Positions 62,410 through 64,000 of a DNA stretch of 64,000 nt are shown here, one piece after another. How positions within the stretch are numbered: the first letter of the stretch is position 1; every line of letters begins with the position of its first letter. The stretch spans positions 1,178,001 to 1,242,000 of the forward strand of contig NW_027191405.1 in NCBI RefSeq assembly GCF_041146345.1, read 5' to 3'. This stretch comes from Neodothiora populina (Eukaryota). The translations under genes and the position numbers were made by a program. Under the pieces are notes generated by a model, which made no database searches, had not been told where the DNA came from, and saw only the letters and a list, made by a program, of their open reading frames with translations.

Positions 62410-64000
62410 TCAAAAGCCAACGTTTCTCTTCCGCTTCTTTCTCGCCGGCGTTGCGCGTCCTCCAAATCTGCCAGGCTCTATCTGACTTGCAGGAAACTGT
62501 GGTGCCTGTGTCTGGGTCTGAGTTACTTGCGAGCTGAGCAATGCTGCTCCTTGACTCGCCGCTCCAAACTGCCTGACAGTTGGCAAAGCCATTGCAGGCT
62601 GACTGGCGCTGAAGATCTCGGGTGCTTGACTACTGCCAAGGTTCATCGTCCTCGCTTTCTGTGACTCGCGCCTCTGTTTCCGTAGATGCTTCTCGGCTCG
62701 CTTCTTGAGTCTGGCACGTTCTTTCGGTGTGAGGTCCTCATCCTCCTCCTCGGCTCGCTTCTCCTGTTGCTTCTGCACAGCCAGCCAGTCGTAGTTATCG
62801 GGCTTTTCTCCCAGAGACCAATGGGCAAGCTTTTTGGCAAGTCCCTTAGGCAGAGGCGCAGGAGCAGTCTTTTCCGGGTCAAACCAGGCATATTGCTGTA
62901 GTCTCTGAAACTCAGGACACGCCAGCGTCGACGGATGGCTTGACAGAGAAGTTGCTGTGGTCAGTGATGGAGTCGCCGTCGGAGATGGCGTCGGTAGTGA
63001 TCTCTGCGAATCAAATGACCCATCAGTGGGATATGAATGTCTTGACGACATCTCAGGAAAGAAGTCTGTGTCGTCTGTCACAGGCTCATGCGCGATCTTT
63101 TTGAGCCCATAAGCAGCAAGACATACTTCTGCAGCGATTCGTCGCGCCAGCTGTTCCTTGGCCAGACGCACCCTTCCCGGAACTCGTGTCGACAATGACG
63201 TTAACCATTGATGGATCATGCTGTAGTAGGTATCCATGAGGTCTACACGAGACTCTGAGTCGACAGGCAAGCCGAGCACACTTGCGTCGGCTAAGACCTT
63301 AGGCTCAGTTCGCATGTTTTCGAGTGAATTGGGATCGCTCATCTCTAGGTTACTATCGTGCCCAGTATCCTCCGTGCCCGCAAGAATGCGATTGAAGCGA
63401 GAATAAGCTTCGTCCAGATCATCGACAAATATCTCGCACCGACAGAGGTCAGAAAGCATCGGCATCCCGCTTGTATAGTCTTTGCGATCTCTGATATGGT
63501 GTTCCACTCTCGCTAGCGCATCCGATATGGCTTGCGTTTGAATTTTCCAGGGCTGATTGACGGCGCCATAGAACCTTTCATACATGATGGTCCAGTCCTT
63601 ACGATCCGCATCAATGTGATGAGACTCGGTCGCAGTGCCGTCGCCAACGGAAACATCTTTTCTGGGTTCACTAGCAGCCTGGTAATGACGCAAGTAGTCA
63701 TCACAATCAATGAATGCATCGTGTTGCAACCGGGGCATGCCATATGTGACCTTACTATGCCAATTTGGTGCTAAAAACGTTGCATGGGGTCCTGCGGCGC
63801 TGTTCCCAACGTACAACTTCTCAATGACACCAAGGTCGCTAGACAACATGGTCATTGTGTAGAATCTTGCTGAGGAGTCACGATACAGCTGACCGGGACC
63901 AGTGCCACCCCGGCTGCTCTCGGCGAACTCGGCTGCTTGCACGCGAATGCCCAGGGAGTAAGATGAAGCGCTGCGCACAGACGGGTTCTCAGGCAATTTG
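62410..64000 (-). CDS. RRN6: RNA polymerase I core factor subunit Rrn6-like, 5' part outside the window
   Basis: W...L...VPGRVRLAKEQLARRIAAEVCLA, LPTPSPTATPS, L.HW.LG..P.NYDW and a C-terminal SQIEPGRFGGR..KKRK..GF tail typical of fungal Rrn6. Confidence 0.75.
   Translation of the reverse strand, partial: KLPENPSVRSASSYSLGIRVQAAEFAESSRGGTGPGQLYRDSSARFYTMTMLSSDLGVIEKLYVGNSAAGPHATFLAPNWHSKVTYGMPRLQHDAFIDCDDYLRHYQAASEPRKDVSVGDGTATESHHIDADRKDWTIMYERFYGAVNQPWKIQTQAISDALARVEHHIRDRKDYTSGMPMLSDLCRCEIFVDDLDEAYSRFNRILAGTEDTGHDSNLEMSDPNSLENMRTEPKVLADASVLGLPVDSESRVDLMDTYYSMIHQWLTSLSTRVPGRVRLAKEQLARRIAAEVCLAAYGLKKIAHEPVTDDTDFFPEMSSRHSYPTDGSFDSQRSLPTPSPTATPSLTTATSLSSHPSTLACPEFQRLQQYAWFDPEKTAPAPLPKGLAKKLAHWSLGEKPDNYDWLAVQKQQEKRAEEEDEDLTPKERARLKKRAEKHLRKQRRESQKARTMNLGSSQAPEIFSASQPAMALPTVRQFGAASQGAALLSSQVTQTQTQAPQFPASQIEPGRFGGRATPARKKRKRNVGF

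Overview
Gene-dense, intron-containing eukaryotic DNA from a filamentous ascomycete (Pezizomycotina; Eurotiomycete/black-yeast-like is my inference from intron signals and gene style, not verified). About 28 protein-coding genes, mostly housekeeping: nitrilase C-terminus, RXT2, TRAPPC11-like, a patatin/TGL-like lipase, ERV29, NUP84, cyanamide hydratase, RIX7, VPS20, PITH protein, DHX35-like helicase, CUE5-like, NOP4, membrane steroid-binding protein, agmatinase, BOR1, rhomboid PCP1, TMA17-like, VRP1, mitochondrial ProRS, MAK21, MDM1, SAH1 and a partial RRN6. I found no tRNA, rRNA, transposon or CRISPR, and no clear multi-gene novel pathway. The best candidates for undescribed biology are small: a 22-bp-phased array of GTCAnTGAC palindromes in the RIX7/VPS20 divergent promoter, a tandem pair of MC-x8-CGH Cys/His microproteins, a spliced 103-aa repeat microprotein absent from the ORF track, an in-frame AUG-less upstream extension of a membrane protein, a catalytically dead patatin with an AUG-UGA-UG start, and short uORFs before agmatinase and BOR1. 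All product calls come from recalled family motifs, with no database search. Exon boundaries were read by eye.
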